DNA of 41,432 nt from Acidimicrobiia bacterium (lineage in GTDB: Bacteria; Actinomycetota; Acidimicrobiia; Spongiisociales; Spongiisociaceae). Below, piece after piece: positions 28,572 through 39,487 of the stretch. Every line of letters begins with the position of its first letter. Within the stretch, counting starts at the first letter, position 1. A program made the translations under genes and the position numbers. Under the pieces are notes generated by a model, which was given only the letters and a program-made list of their open reading frames with translations, ran no database searches and was not told the DNA's origin. The stretch lies in the NCBI GenBank assembly GCA_052032125.1, contig JBPEXB010000573.1, positions 1 to 41,432 on the forward strand, read 5' to 3'.

Positions 28572-28598
28572 GGTCTCAGAACAGAACACGGAGGAGAG

Positions 28599-30440
28599 AT
28601 GGACACCATCCGGCTGACCATGGCCCAGGCGGTCGTCAAGTGGCTCGTCAACCAGCACATCGAGGTCGACGGCGAAGAGGTGCCGGTGTTCGCAGGAGCC
28701 TTCGGGATCTTCGGGCACGGCAACGTGACGTGCCTCGCCGAGGCCCTCGAGCCGGTGCAGGATCAGCTGCCGCTGTGGCGAGGGCACAACGAGCAGTCGA
28801 TGGCCCTCGCCGCCGTCGCCTACGCCAAGGCGATGCACGGGCGCCAGATCATGATCGCCACCTCGTCGATCGGGCCGGGCTGCACCAACATGGTCACGGC
28901 GGCGGCGGTCGCCCACGCCAACCGGATCCCGCTGCTCCTGCTGTCAGGTGACACCTTCCAGCACCGGATCGTGGACCCGGTGCTCCAGCAGATCGAGGTG
29001 TTCGAGGATCCGACCGTCACGGTCACCGACACCTTCCGACCCGTGTCGCGCTACTGGGACCGCATCACCCGTCCGGAGCAGATCGTCCAGTCGCTCCCTC
29101 AGGCGCTGGCGGTCATGCTCGACCCGGCGACCAGGGGCCCGGCATTCCTGGCCCTTCCTCAGGACATCCAGGCGGAGGCCTACGACTACCCGGCATCGTT
29201 CTTCGACCGCACCGTGCATCACATCCGCCGGCCCGGACCCGACGCTCGCGACATCGAGGCGGCCGCGGCGCTGGTCTCGTCCGCTCGCAAGCCGATGATC
29301 ATCGCCGGCGGCGGCGTGAAGTACTCGGGCGCCATCGAGACCCTCACCGACTTCGCCGAGCGGCGGGGCATCCCGGTGGTCGAGACGGTGGCCGGCAAGT
29401 CGACGCTCGTCCACGACCATCCCAACTACGCCGGCCCCATCGGCGTGACCGGATCGACGGCCGCCAATGCGGTCGCCGACGACGCAGACGTGGTGCTGGC
29501 CGTCGGCACCCGCCTCCAGGACTTCACGACCGGGTCGTGGGCGGTGTTCAAGAACCCCGACGTCCGCTTCGTGGCCATCAACGCCGCCCGGTGGGATGCT
29601 CACAAGCAATCGGCAGTGCCGGTCGTGGCCGATGCCAAGGTGGCACTCGAAGCGCTCGACGAGGCGCTGGGCGACTACCGGGCACCCGAGGAGCGGCTCA
29701 CCGAGGCGCAGCGGCACATCGCCGACTGGCACGCCTATCTCGACTCGTGGAAGGATCGCCCCACCGAGGGCAAGCCGGCGTACGCCCAGGTCATCCAGGT
29801 CGTGAACGATCTGGCCGACCCCGACGACTACTGCCTGAGCGCCGCCGGGGGGCTCCCCGGCGAGCTGACGATGGGGTGGCGCGCCAAGTCCGTGGCCAGC
29901 TTCGACAGCGAGTACGGCTACTCGACGATGGGCTACGAGGTCGCCGGCGCCTGGGGCGCCCGCATGGCTCGGCAGGGCGACGTGATCGCCTGGGTCGGCG
30001 ACGGCTCGTATCTGATGATGAACTCCGACGTCTACTCGACCGTGATGACCGGCCACAAGGTGATCTTCCTCGTCCTGGACAACGGCGGCTTCGCGGTCAT
30101 CAACCGCCTCCAGGTGAACACCGGCGGCGCCGAGTTCAACAACCTGTTGCGGACTGCCCGCCACCAGGAGTACTTCCACGTCGACTTCCTCGCCCACGTG
30201 ACGTCGATGGGGGCCAACGGCGAGAAGGTCGAGCGGCTGGAGGACCTGCCCGACGCCTGGCGGCGGGCCAAGGCGTCCGATCGCAGCTACGCCATCGTGA
30301 TGGACATCGACGAATACACGTGGACCGAGGGCGGGACCTGGTGGGAGGTCGGCATCCCCGAGGTGAGCGACCGCGAGCAGGTCCGGCTGGCGAGGGCCGA
30401 GTGGGAGGCCGAGAAGAAGCACCAGCGCGTGGGCATCTAG
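28599..30440 (+). CDS. iolD: 3D-(3,5/4)-trihydroxycyclohexane-1,2-dione acylhydrolase (ThDP enzyme)
   Basis: 613 aa. ThDP-enzyme layout with 'GDGSYLMMNSD...LDNGGF' and an IolD-like N-terminus, 'TMAQAVVKWL'. RBS GGAGGAGAG upstream. Confidence 0.85.
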   Translation: MDTIRLTMAQAVVKWLVNQHIEVDGEEVPVFAGAFGIFGHGNVTCLAEALEPVQDQLPLWRGHNEQSMALAAVAYAKAMHGRQIMIATSSIGPGCTNMVTAAAVAHANRIPLLLLSGDTFQHRIVDPVLQQIEVFEDPTVTVTDTFRPVSRYWDRITRPEQIVQSLPQALAVMLDPATRGPAFLALPQDIQAEAYDYPASFFDRTVHHIRRPGPDARDIEAAAALVSSARKPMIIAGGGVKYSGAIETLTDFAERRGIPVVETVAGKSTLVHDHPNYAGPIGVTGSTAANAVADDADVVLAVGTRLQDFTTGSWAVFKNPDVRFVAINAARWDAHKQSAVPVVADAKVALEALDEALGDYRAPEERLTEAQRHIADWHAYLDSWKDRPTEGKPAYAQVIQVVNDLADPDDYCLSAAGGLPGELTMGWRAKSVASFDSEYGYSTMGYEVAGAWGARMARQGDVIAWVGDGSYLMMNSDVYSTVMTGHKVIFLVLDNGGFAVINRLQVNTGGAEFNNLLRTARHQEYFHVDFLAHVTSMGANGEKVERLEDLPDAWRRAKASDRSYAIVMDIDEYTWTEGGTWWEVGIPEVSDREQVRLARAEWEAEKKHQRVGI

Positions 30441-30450
30441 GCGGTCCGGC

Positions 30451-31230
30451 GTGAGCGTCACGATCATCACCGGAGGTGCCTCCTACATCGGCCTGGCGCT
30501 GGCCCGGCGACTCGTCGCCGCAGGAGGATCCGTCGTCGCCAGCGACCTGGTTGAGTCGGCCAGGGCCGACGTGGAGACAGCGCTTGCCGGCCGGGGGGCG
30601 TTCGTGGCGGGCGACGTCACCGACGACCAGCACCTGGACCGGCTCGTGGAGGCGGCCGACGCGTTCGGCGACCTCACCGGGTTGGTCCACGCCGCTGTCA
30701 CGTTCGACGACGCCGCCTACGACACCAGCCGTGACGACTGGCTGCGGGCGATCGACATCAACCTCGTATCGGCTGCGGTGCTGACCCAGAAGGCGGTCAG
30801 CCGGCTCGAGCACGGCGCCGGTGGTTCCGTGGTCTACGTCGCCTCGATCAGCGGCCATCGTGCCCAGCCCACCCGGATGGTCTACAGCGTCACCAAGGCC
30901 GGCCTGCACATGCTCGCCAAGACCGGCGCCACCCAGCTCGCCACGCGCAAGGTGCGGGTCAACACGGTCTCGCCCGGCTGGACCTGGAGCCGCAACCTCG
31001 AGCAGCGTTACGGGACCCGGGAAGCGGCAGATGCCTACGGGGCCGAGTTCCACTCGATGCGACGAATGGCTGATCCCGACGAGATCGCCGCCGGCATCCA
31101 ATGGCTCCTGTCGGACGAGGCCTCGTTCGTGACCGGCATCGATCTGGCGGTGGACGGCGGCTACACGGCGCTGTCGCCCGAGGCCCTCGGTCAGGCGCTG
31201 ACCCTGCATCCGCCGGCGGAGCACGCCTGA
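30451..31230 (+). CDS. SDR family oxidoreductase
   Basis: 259 aa with '[11 protein letters not shown]' and 'YSVTKAG' (YxxxK). GTG start. Confidence 0.8.
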   Translation: MSVTIITGGASYIGLALARRLVAAGGSVVASDLVESARADVETALAGRGAFVAGDVTDDQHLDRLVEAADAFGDLTGLVHAAVTFDDAAYDTSRDDWLRAIDINLVSAAVLTQKAVSRLEHGAGGSVVYVASISGHRAQPTRMVYSVTKAGLHMLAKTGATQLATRKVRVNTVSPGWTWSRNLEQRYGTREAADAYGAEFHSMRRMADPDEIAAGIQWLLSDEASFVTGIDLAVDGGYTALSPEALGQALTLHPPAEHA

Positions 31231-32039
31231 TGGGCCGCTTCGAGGGCAAGGTGGCGTTGGTCACGGGCAGCACCTCCGGGCTCGGGGAGGCGATCGCCCG
31301 GCGCCTGGCCGCCGAAGGAGCGGCCGGCATCGCCGTGACCGGGCGTGACCGGAGCCGTGGCGAGGCGGTCGCCGACGCGCTGGGCGGCCAGACAGACGTC
31401 GCTTTCCTCCCCGCCGACCTCCAGCACGCCGGCGAGGCCCTGTCGCTGATCGACGCCGTCGACGAACGCTTCGCCAGGCTGGACGTGCTGGTGAACGCAG
31501 CCGGGCTGTCCACCCGGGGATCCATCGACGACACGACACCGGAGCTGTTCGACCTGCTCATGGCGGTGAACGTGCGCGCTCCCCTGCTGCTGATGCAGGG
31601 CGCCATCCGGATCATGCGCCGGGAAGGGATCGCCGGGACGATCGTCAACATCGGCTCCGTCGCCTCGCACGGCAGCGAGCCGTTCCTGACGCCCTACGCC
31701 ACCAGCAAGGGGGCACTGACCACCCTGACCAAGAACGTGGCGTACTCGGTCGTGTGGGACCGGATCCGGTGCAACATCCTCAACATCGGCTGGATGGACA
31801 CGCCGACCGAGGACACGATCCAGCGCACCTATCACTCCGACGGCGAGGACTGGCTGGAGCAGGCAGAGGCGCGGATGCCCTTCGGCCGTCTTCTCAAGCC
31901 GGACGAGGTGGCCAAGGCGGTGGCGTTCCTGGCGTCGGACGAGTCGGGGATGATGACCGGGGCAGCCGTCGAGTTCAATCAGGGAATCCTCGGTGGCGGT
32001 TCGCCTCCGATACCCTCGCCACCAGGAGATTCCCCATGA
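31230..32039 (+). CDS. SDR family oxidoreductase
   Basis: 269 aa with '[11 protein letters not shown]', 'NAAG' and 'YATSKGA'. The ATG overlaps the upstream stop (TGATG). Confidence 0.8.
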   Translation: MGRFEGKVALVTGSTSGLGEAIARRLAAEGAAGIAVTGRDRSRGEAVADALGGQTDVAFLPADLQHAGEALSLIDAVDERFARLDVLVNAAGLSTRGSIDDTTPELFDLLMAVNVRAPLLLMQGAIRIMRREGIAGTIVNIGSVASHGSEPFLTPYATSKGALTTLTKNVAYSVVWDRIRCNILNIGWMDTPTEDTIQRTYHSDGEDWLEQAEARMPFGRLLKPDEVAKAVAFLASDESGMMTGAAVEFNQGILGGGSPPIPSPPGDSP

Positions 32040-33040
32040 GCCCACCGACGATCAACGACGTCGCCGAACGAGCCGGCGTCTCGAAGTCGCTCGTGTCCCT
32101 CGTCATGCGCGGCTCGCCGAACGTGTCGCCTGCTCGACGCGCGGCCGTGCTCGCCGCCGCCAAAGAGCTCGGGTATCGACCGAACGCCGCCGCCCGCAGC
32201 CTGGCGCGCCAGCGCACCAACGTCATCGGGGTGATGGTGTCCGACCTCCACAACCCGTTCTTCCCCGAGGTCCTCGACGGGGTCGAGGAGGCGGCCGCCG
32301 CGGCCGGATACACCGTGCTGATCAACTCGGGCCAGCGGATCGCCTCCCGAGAGGAGGCAGCGATCGAGACCCTGCTGGAGCTGCGCGCCGATGCGCTGAT
32401 CCTTGGCGGCACCCAGGTGGGCAACCCCGTCCTCACCCGGGTGGCGGCAGCCGTGCCGAGCGTCATCGTCGGCAAGATCTCCCGCGCCGACGACATCGAT
32501 TCGGTGGCCAACGACGAGCGAGTCGGCGCCCGATTGGCGGTCGAGCACCTGATCTCGCTCGGGCACCGGCGCATCGCCCACATCGACGGTGGCAAGGGCA
32601 CCGGCTCCCAGCCGCGCCGTCGGGCGTATGAGGGGGCGATGCGCGATCACGACCTGACGCCGCAGGTGGTCCCGGGAGAGTTCACCGAGGAAGCCGGGAT
32701 GCACGGCGCCCGCACGCTGGCGGCCCTCGACGAGCGACCGACGGCCATCTTCGCCGCCAACGACCTCTCGGCGATCGGGGTCATCCAGGGTCTCGACGAG
32801 CTCGGCCTGCGGGTGCCCGAGGACATCTCGGTCATCGGCTACGACAACACTCGCATCGCGGCGCTGCGGCGGATCGGGCTCTCGACGATCGACCAGCCCC
32901 GGCACGAGATCGGCGTGCGGGCGACCGAGCTGCTCGTCGAACGCATGGAGGACGGTCGCCACGAGTCCAAGCGGGTCGTCGTCGAGCCCACCCTCGTCGC
33001 CCGCCGCACGACATCAGCACCCCCGAAAGGAAGAGCATGA
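32036..33040 (+). CDS. LacI-family transcriptional regulator
   Basis: 334 aa. HTH '[22 protein letters not shown]' and '[10 protein letters not shown]', with a sugar-binding-type C-domain. There are 4-nt overlaps with both neighbouring genes. Confidence 0.9.
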   Translation: MSPPTINDVAERAGVSKSLVSLVMRGSPNVSPARRAAVLAAAKELGYRPNAAARSLARQRTNVIGVMVSDLHNPFFPEVLDGVEEAAAAAGYTVLINSGQRIASREEAAIETLLELRADALILGGTQVGNPVLTRVAAAVPSVIVGKISRADDIDSVANDERVGARLAVEHLISLGHRRIAHIDGGKGTGSQPRRRAYEGAMRDHDLTPQVVPGEFTEEAGMHGARTLAALDERPTAIFAANDLSAIGVIQGLDELGLRVPEDISVIGYDNTRIAALRRIGLSTIDQPRHEIGVRATELLVERMEDGRHESKRVVVEPTLVARRTTSAPPKGRA

Positions 33041-33861
33041 GCTCACTCGTCACCGCCAGCCCGGGCGCCCGGGTTCCCATCAGCGTCACCCCCGAATCGG
33101 CCGGATGGCAGTACCTCGACTTCCGGGTCGTGGATCTGCAGCCGGGCCAGGGTTTCCAGCAGGACTCGGCCGATCGTGAGGTGGCCGTCGTGCCCCTGTC
33201 CGGCCACGGGCAGGTGCGAGTCGAATCCGACCTCATCGAGCTCTCACGGACGAGCGTGTTCGAAGAGAAGCCGCACGTGCTCTACGTGCCGCCGGGCCGG
33301 ACGATTCGGATCTCGACCGAGCCCGGGTTCCAGTGTGCGATCGGCGGGGCTCCAGCCGAAGGCGGGCTCCCGGTGCGGGTGTTCGCACCCGACGAGATGC
33401 GCAGCGAGCTGCGGGGCGGCGGGGCGTCGTATCGCCAGATCAGCCACATCCTCAGCCACCCTCTGCCGGCCGAGCGGCTGATCCTCTACGAGGTGTACGT
33501 GCCCCGGGGCACCTGGTCGGGCTGGGCACCCCACTGCCACGACGGCTACGCCGACTCGCCGTACCTCGAGGAGACCTACTACTTCCGCCTCGACCCGGCG
33601 ACCGGTTTTGCCATGCACCGCAACTGGCGGGAGGACGAGGACTTCGACGAGGTGGTGGTGTGCGGAGACGGCGACACGGCCCTGGTCCCCAAGGGCTTCC
33701 ACTCCTCGGTGGCCTGCCCCGGCACGAACATGTACTTCCTCAACTACCTGGCCGGCGAGCTCATCGGCGACGAACGCAGGCGTGGGCCCCACTTCCACCC
33801 GGATCACACGTGGATTCACGACGATTGGGAGGCCGGCGTCATGGAGCTGCCGGTCGTCTGA
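33037..33861 (+). CDS. iolB: 5-deoxy-glucuronate isomerase
   Basis: 274 aa. Cupin-type, with a length and 'HRHD/HCHDGY'-like region consistent with IolB. Sits in an iol context. Confidence 0.8.
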   Translation: MSSLVTASPGARVPISVTPESAGWQYLDFRVVDLQPGQGFQQDSADREVAVVPLSGHGQVRVESDLIELSRTSVFEEKPHVLYVPPGRTIRISTEPGFQCAIGGAPAEGGLPVRVFAPDEMRSELRGGGASYRQISHILSHPLPAERLILYEVYVPRGTWSGWAPHCHDGYADSPYLEETYYFRLDPATGFAMHRNWREDEDFDEVVVCGDGDTALVPKGFHSSVACPGTNMYFLNYLAGELIGDERRRGPHFHPDHTWIHDDWEAGVMELPVV

Positions 33862-33865
33862 CCTC

Positions 33866-34282
33866 TCAGCCGCCGATGCCGAGCGCGTAGTCGACGAGCT
33901 CGACCCGCGGCAGAGCATCGAGCTGGTCGAGTGGCACCCAGGCGGCCCGGTCGGTGCTGCCACCCTCCTCGTGCTGCGGCGAGCCCACGCACGTGACCTG
34001 GTAGACGACCCGCAGCCCGTGCAGTGGCTCGGGCCGGCGGGGCGCCGGAGCCAGCACGATCGAGTTGATGCCCAGGATGCCGTCGATCGTGCCGGTGAGG
34101 CCCGTCTCCTCCCGCAGCTCGCGATGGAGGGCGTCTTCGGGGGCCTCGCCGAACTCCAGTCCCCCTCCAGGGAGCGTCCAGGCGCCGGCAGACGGGTAGC
34201 CGGCCGCGATGCGAGTCAGCAGCAGCGCCCCGTCGGCGCGGGCGAATGCGTAGGCCGCCACCCGCAGCCGCCCTCCCGTCAT
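33866..34282 (-). CDS. NUDIX hydrolase
   Basis: 138 aa. Nudix box 'GGGLEFGEAPEDALHRELREETGL'. The ATG overlaps the upstream stop. Confidence 0.85.
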   Translation of the reverse strand: MTGGRLRVAAYAFARADGALLLTRIAAGYPSAGAWTLPGGGLEFGEAPEDALHRELREETGLTGTIDGILGINSIVLAPAPRRPEPLHGLRVVYQVTCVGSPQHEEGGSTDRAAWVPLDQLDALPRVELVDYALGIGG

Positions 34283-35208
34283 GTGTGGAACACGGGCCGG
34301 CGGTGCCACGGGGTGCCGAGCGCGTCGGCGATGCCGCGCAGGTGCTCGACCCGGCCGTGCACGAGAGATGCCGCCAATGCTCGGCGTTCTGCCGGACCTA
34401 CCCCGGCCAGCTCCCCCCAGGCCGCTCGGCCGACCATGAATCCGGAGGCCCCTGCTGCGCAAGCGATCTCGACCTGGGTGGCGAACGTGTCGAAGTCCAC
34501 TCCGGCACTGAGCAGCGCCCAGGGCTCCCGTACGGTCTCGTCGAGTTCGGCACAGGCCTCCGGCCAGCTGTCGACCGGGTCGTGGCCGGGATGGGCGGGG
34601 AACTGCAGCTTGAGGATCGTCGCCCCCAGACCGGTGAGACGCCGGGCGGTCTCGACGACCAGGCGCCGATGGGAGGCCCGCATGGTCTCGGGATTCGCCG
34701 CCTCCTGAGCGCTGGCCGGGTAGGCGAGGGGCTCGAGCAGGAAGGGGAGATCATGGGCTCGGCACTCGGCGGCCACGCGGCGGATCAGCTCGTCCTGACG
34801 CTGCGCCGCCTCTGGCAGGTCGGGGGTGTAGAACACCAGCAACTTGGCACCGGCCGCTCCGGCTTCCACCGCGTCGGCCACCGACCATCCATCCAGCAGC
34901 TCGGTGTGGCGTGCGTACGGGTCGTCGCCATACCCCTGTGCCTCCAGTGCTGCGAAGAAGCCGACCCCGGCCGGCAGGGAGCTGACCAGCTCGGGGATGC
35001 TGTACTCGGGTTCGAGCATCACCCCGCTGGCGGCCCCGGCGGCCCCGAGCACGACGTCGCGTTTGAACTCGACGAGGGCTTCGGCGGGCACCGACTCGGG
35101 ATCGGCGGGATCCACCACGGCCCGCAACGAGTCGCGATGGTCGATCGCCAGCACCGCCAAGACGCCGCGATCGGTCGAGAGTGAGCGCAGGCGGTCTGCC
35201 AGAGACAT
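34279..35208 (-). CDS. class-I aldolase, LacD/DeoC-like (candidate 5-dehydro-2-deoxyphosphogluconate aldolase)
   Basis: 309 aa with 'LAIDHR' and 'ILKLQFP' (candidate Schiff-base Lys), on a TIM-barrel-like pattern. The internal ATG at 35208 was chosen. Confidence 0.6.
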   Translation of the reverse strand: MSLADRLRSLSTDRGVLAVLAIDHRDSLRAVVDPADPESVPAEALVEFKRDVVLGAAGAASGVMLEPEYSIPELVSSLPAGVGFFAALEAQGYGDDPYARHTELLDGWSVADAVEAGAAGAKLLVFYTPDLPEAAQRQDELIRRVAAECRAHDLPFLLEPLAYPASAQEAANPETMRASHRRLVVETARRLTGLGATILKLQFPAHPGHDPVDSWPEACAELDETVREPWALLSAGVDFDTFATQVEIACAAGASGFMVGRAAWGELAGVGPAERRALAASLVHGRVEHLRGIADALGTPWHRRPVFHT

Positions 35209-35226
35209 CGGGCGATCGTACTGCCT

Positions 35227-35238
35227 TGGTATAGACCA
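35227..35238. promoter_or_regulatory. HutC/GntR-type operator-like palindrome TGGTATAGACCA
   Basis: 10/12 dyad (TGGT-ATAG-ACCA) in the 52-bp divergent region between the aldolase and MpaB-like genes. Resembles TGGTnTAnACCA-type HutC sites. Confidence 0.3.
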
Positions 35239-35260
35239 TCGGCCGTGGTTCACTCGCCGG

Positions 35261-36171
35261 ATGCGGACGTTCGAGCGCCTCCGCTCGCGCATGCTCGAGG
35301 CGATCCTCGAGCCGTTCAGTCATGGCAGCCAACCACTGGCCAACACGCTCGACCATGTCGGCGATCCGGGCCTGTTCGGCCCGGATTCGGTCACCTGGCC
35401 GGTGATGGGAGACGTCGCCGCCCTCTTCGGCGGCGTGCGAGCGCTGCTGATCCAGTTCGCCCACCCCGAAGTGGCCGCCGGCATGCAGGACCACTCGGGA
35501 TACGAGGCAGATCCGCTCGGCCGGATCTCTCGCACGACCGACTACGTGGCCGCCACCAGTTTCGGGGCGATGCCGGAGGTGGAGAAGGCCGTGGCGGCGG
35601 TGCGGCGCGCTCACCGGGTGGTGCAGGGTGCATCCCATCGCGGTCGCGACTACCACGCCGACGATGCCGACCTCACGGCCTGGGTGCACAACGCGCTGGC
35701 CGACTCGTTCCTGGTGGCGTATCAGACCTTCGGGCCGGATCGTCTGTCGGAGGAAGACGCCGATCGCTACGCCGTCGAACAGGGCCGTCTCGGACGGCTC
35801 ATGGGGGCCGACACGACGCCCGAGACGGCAGCCGAGCTGAGCGGCTGGCTCGCCCGCCATCCGTCCATCGGCCCGTCGCCCGGCGCCGCCGGAGCGGTGC
35901 CCTTCATCGCCTCCCCGCCGGCCGGGCCATTGATGCGGAGCGGTTACAAGCTCCTGTACTGGGCGAGCTGCGCCACGCTGCCGTCCCGGCTGCGGGAGGC
36001 GCTGGGCGTGCCCAAGATTCCGGGCGCGATCGCCATGGGGCGATTTCTGGCGAGGATCCTGCGCTGGGCGATGGGATCGTCTCCGGCCTGGCTGGCGGCC
36101 ATCGTCCGCAGCGAAGCCGCGCCGCCGCCCGACGTCGTCTTCCGCCAACCGCTCCCGGGCGGCGCCCGCCC

Positions 36172-36175
<4 letters not shown>
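35261..36175 (+). CDS. DUF2236 / MpaB-family oxygenase-like protein
   Basis: 304 aa with 'GPDSVTWPVMGD...GGVRALLIQFAHPEVAAGMQDHS'. Confidence 0.75.
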
Positions 36176-37122
<947 letters not shown>

Positions 37123-37144
37123 TCGAGGCAGGTAGCCTCGCCTG

Positions 37145-37711
37145 ATGACGCAGCACACCGCCACCAATCGATATCAGGAGACGTTCGGTCTCCCGCGAGA
37201 ATCCACCGCCGCCAAGGTCCGCGACCATCTGCATCCGTGGGTCCAGGAGTTCATCCGCCACGCTCCCTTCGCGGTGCTGGCCAGCGCCGACGAGAAGGGC
37301 AACTGCGACGCCTCGCCGAAGGGCGGCCGTCCCGGGTTCGTCGAGGTGGTCGACGAACGGCATCTGATCCTCCCCGATGTGAAGGGCAACCGCCTCTTCC
37401 AGTCGTACGAGAACATCGACACCAACGGGCACGTGGCGCTGCTCTTCATGATTCCCGGCATCGAGCACACGGCGCGGGTGAACGGCACGGCCGAGGTGAT
37501 CGACTTCACCACCCTGGACGAACGAGGCATCTCGCTGCAGGTCCACGACCCCGACGACAACGCGGCACTCCAACAGGGGCTGCTGATCACCGTCGATGAG
37601 GCCTACGGGCAGTGTCCCCGGGCGCTCAAGTTCAGCAAGGTGTGGGACACCGACACGATCGCCCACAACCGCCAGGAGCCACCGATCGAGCCCAAGCCCT
37701 CCGGCGTCTGA
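37145..37711 (+). CDS. pyridoxamine-5'-phosphate-oxidase-family (FMN-binding split-barrel) protein
   Basis: 188 aa with 'FAVLASADEKGNCDASPKGG' and 'GNRLFQSYENI'. Confidence 0.7.
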   Translation: MTQHTATNRYQETFGLPRESTAAKVRDHLHPWVQEFIRHAPFAVLASADEKGNCDASPKGGRPGFVEVVDERHLILPDVKGNRLFQSYENIDTNGHVALLFMIPGIEHTARVNGTAEVIDFTTLDERGISLQVHDPDDNAALQQGLLITVDEAYGQCPRALKFSKVWDTDTIAHNRQEPPIEPKPSGV

Positions 37712-37712
37712 G

Positions 37713-38150
37713 TCAGTCGGGCTCGGGGCGCCGCCGGAGACGCTTGGTCTCCCCACGGCGGCGTTTCTCGTCGATGCGCCGGCGACGGGCCGCCCGGCCG
37801 GGACGGGTGGGACGGCGGGGTGGCGGGTCGGGTGCCAGCGCCTCGTCGAGCAGCGACTTGAGCCTGGTCCTGGCGAGCTGGCGATTGCGCCACTGCGAGC
37901 GCTCGTCGTCGGCCACCACCGAGACGACGCCGTCGCGCAGGCGCTGCTCGAGTCGCTCGGCGAGCCGGGCCCGCTCGCGGGCTGAGAAGGCGGCGGACTC
38001 CTCGACCGAGAAGCGCAACTCGGCCCGGGTGTTGGCCCGGTTGGCGTGCTGGCCCCCCGGGCCTCCTGACGGTCCGAACGTCCAGCGCAGCTCGGCGGCC
38101 GGGATCACCTGGCCGCGGGTGAGGTGCAGGTCTTGGTTCGCTTCCGCCAT
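37713..38150 (-). CDS. arfB: alternative ribosome-rescue factor / peptidyl-tRNA hydrolase ArfB
   Basis: 145 aa. 'GPSGGPGGQHANRANT' carries the GGQ motif, followed by a basic C-terminal tail. Confidence 0.85.
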   Translation of the reverse strand: MAEANQDLHLTRGQVIPAAELRWTFGPSGGPGGQHANRANTRAELRFSVEESAAFSARERARLAERLEQRLRDGVVSVVADDERSQWRNRQLARTRLKSLLDEALAPDPPPRRPTRPGRAARRRRIDEKRRRGETKRLRRRPEPD

Positions 38151-39060
38151 GGACGCAAGGGAAACTACCGGCGTGGCGGAGTCGACACGCAATCCCTGGC
38201 TGCTGGCCGCCCGCCCGGCGACCCTGTGGGCGGCGGTGGCGCCGGTGGCGGTGGGCGGCGGCCTGGCGATCGGCGACGGGGTGTTCCGTCCGGACGCGTT
38301 CCTGGCTGCGCTGATCGGGGCGCTCGCCATCCAGGTGGCCGCCAACTTCGCCAACGACGCCTCGGATGCCAAGCGGGGGGCGGACACGGCCGAGCGCATC
38401 GGCCCCACTCGTGCCGTGGCGGGAGGCCTGCTCACGAGCCGCCAGGTCTGGCGTGCGACTGGCCTGGCGCTGACGGTGGCGGTGGCGGCCGGGGTCTACC
38501 TCACGATCATCACCAGCTGGATCATCGTCGCCATCGGTCTGGCCTCGATCGTCGCCACGCTCACCTACGTGGGCGGGCCGATCCCCTATGGCTACCGAGG
38601 GCTCGGCGAGGTGTTCGTCTTCGTGTTCTTCGGCGTGGTGGCCACGGTCGGCAGCCGCTTCGTCCACGACGAGTCGGCTCCGGCGTCGGCCTGGCTGCTG
38701 GCCATCCCCATCGGGTTGACGGTCACGGCCATCCTCGTCGCCAACAACGTCCGGGACATCGACACGGACCGGGCGGCGGGCAAGCGCACGCTGGCCGTGA
38801 TGCTGGGGCGTGAGCGCAGCCGGTGGCTCTTCGCGGGGCTGATCTACGGGACGTTCGCCGTCATCGCCGCCCTGGCGGTGCTCGGCTGGACCCCTCGCTG
38901 GACGGCGCTGGCGCTCGCCGCCGTGCCGCTGGCGATGCCGCTGGTGGCCACCATCAGGCGGGCTGCGGATGGGCCGTCGCTCATCGGCGTGCTGGTCGGC
39001 ACCGCCCGCCTCCATCTGATCGTGGGCCTGCTGCTGGCCGTGGGCGCGGCGATCGGCTGA
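38149..39060 (+). CDS. menA: 1,4-dihydroxy-2-naphthoate polyprenyltransferase
   Basis: 303 aa. UbiA-family polytopic protein with 'NFANDASDAKRG' and 'NNVRDIDTDRAAGKRTLAV'. The start is uncertain; an alternative GTG lies a few codons downstream. Confidence 0.8.
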   Translation: MDARETTGVAESTRNPWLLAARPATLWAAVAPVAVGGGLAIGDGVFRPDAFLAALIGALAIQVAANFANDASDAKRGADTAERIGPTRAVAGGLLTSRQVWRATGLALTVAVAAGVYLTIITSWIIVAIGLASIVATLTYVGGPIPYGYRGLGEVFVFVFFGVVATVGSRFVHDESAPASAWLLAIPIGLTVTAILVANNVRDIDTDRAAGKRTLAVMLGRERSRWLFAGLIYGTFAVIAALAVLGWTPRWTALALAAVPLAMPLVATIRRAADGPSLIGVLVGTARLHLIVGLLLAVGAAIG

Positions 39061-39061
39061 G

Positions 39062-39409
39062 TCAGGGTGCGGAGCGAGTGCGCCGGGCGTGCGGTCGCGA
39101 GTCGGCCGGGCGGACGTCGCTCATCGCCAGCCACACGTCGGATCGAAGCCGCTCGGCGTCGGGCCGGCTGCGGTTGACGACCGAGAAGTAGGCGACCATC
39201 ACGTCACAGGCGCGGGACTTGCGCTCGGCCGCATCCGAGCCCCGCCAGTGCTCACGGCACGTGGCGCAGAAGCCGGTGACGACCGGTTGCACCTCTTCGA
39301 TCACGATCCGATGGTCGGGCGCGTGGGCCGAAGCAGCGAGCCGCAGGAACGGCCGTCCGTGCGCATCCAGAGACACCAGGTTGTCCGACGCCACTCTCGC
39401 CATGGGCAT
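39062..39409 (-). CDS. hypothetical protein
   Basis: 115-aa ORF with strong G/C third-position bias. No motif recognised. The start is ambiguous (39403, 39409 or 39439). Confidence 0.4.
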   Translation of the reverse strand: MPMARVASDNLVSLDAHGRPFLRLAASAHAPDHRIVIEEVQPVVTGFCATCREHWRGSDAAERKSRACDVMVAYFSVVNRSRPDAERLRSDVWLAMSDVRPADSRPHARRTRSAP

Positions 39410-39487
39410 CCCGCCGCCGGTTGCCCCTACACCTACCACGGCGGCGCGGGCTGCGACCGCCCGGGCGATGCTTGGTTTTGCCGACCC

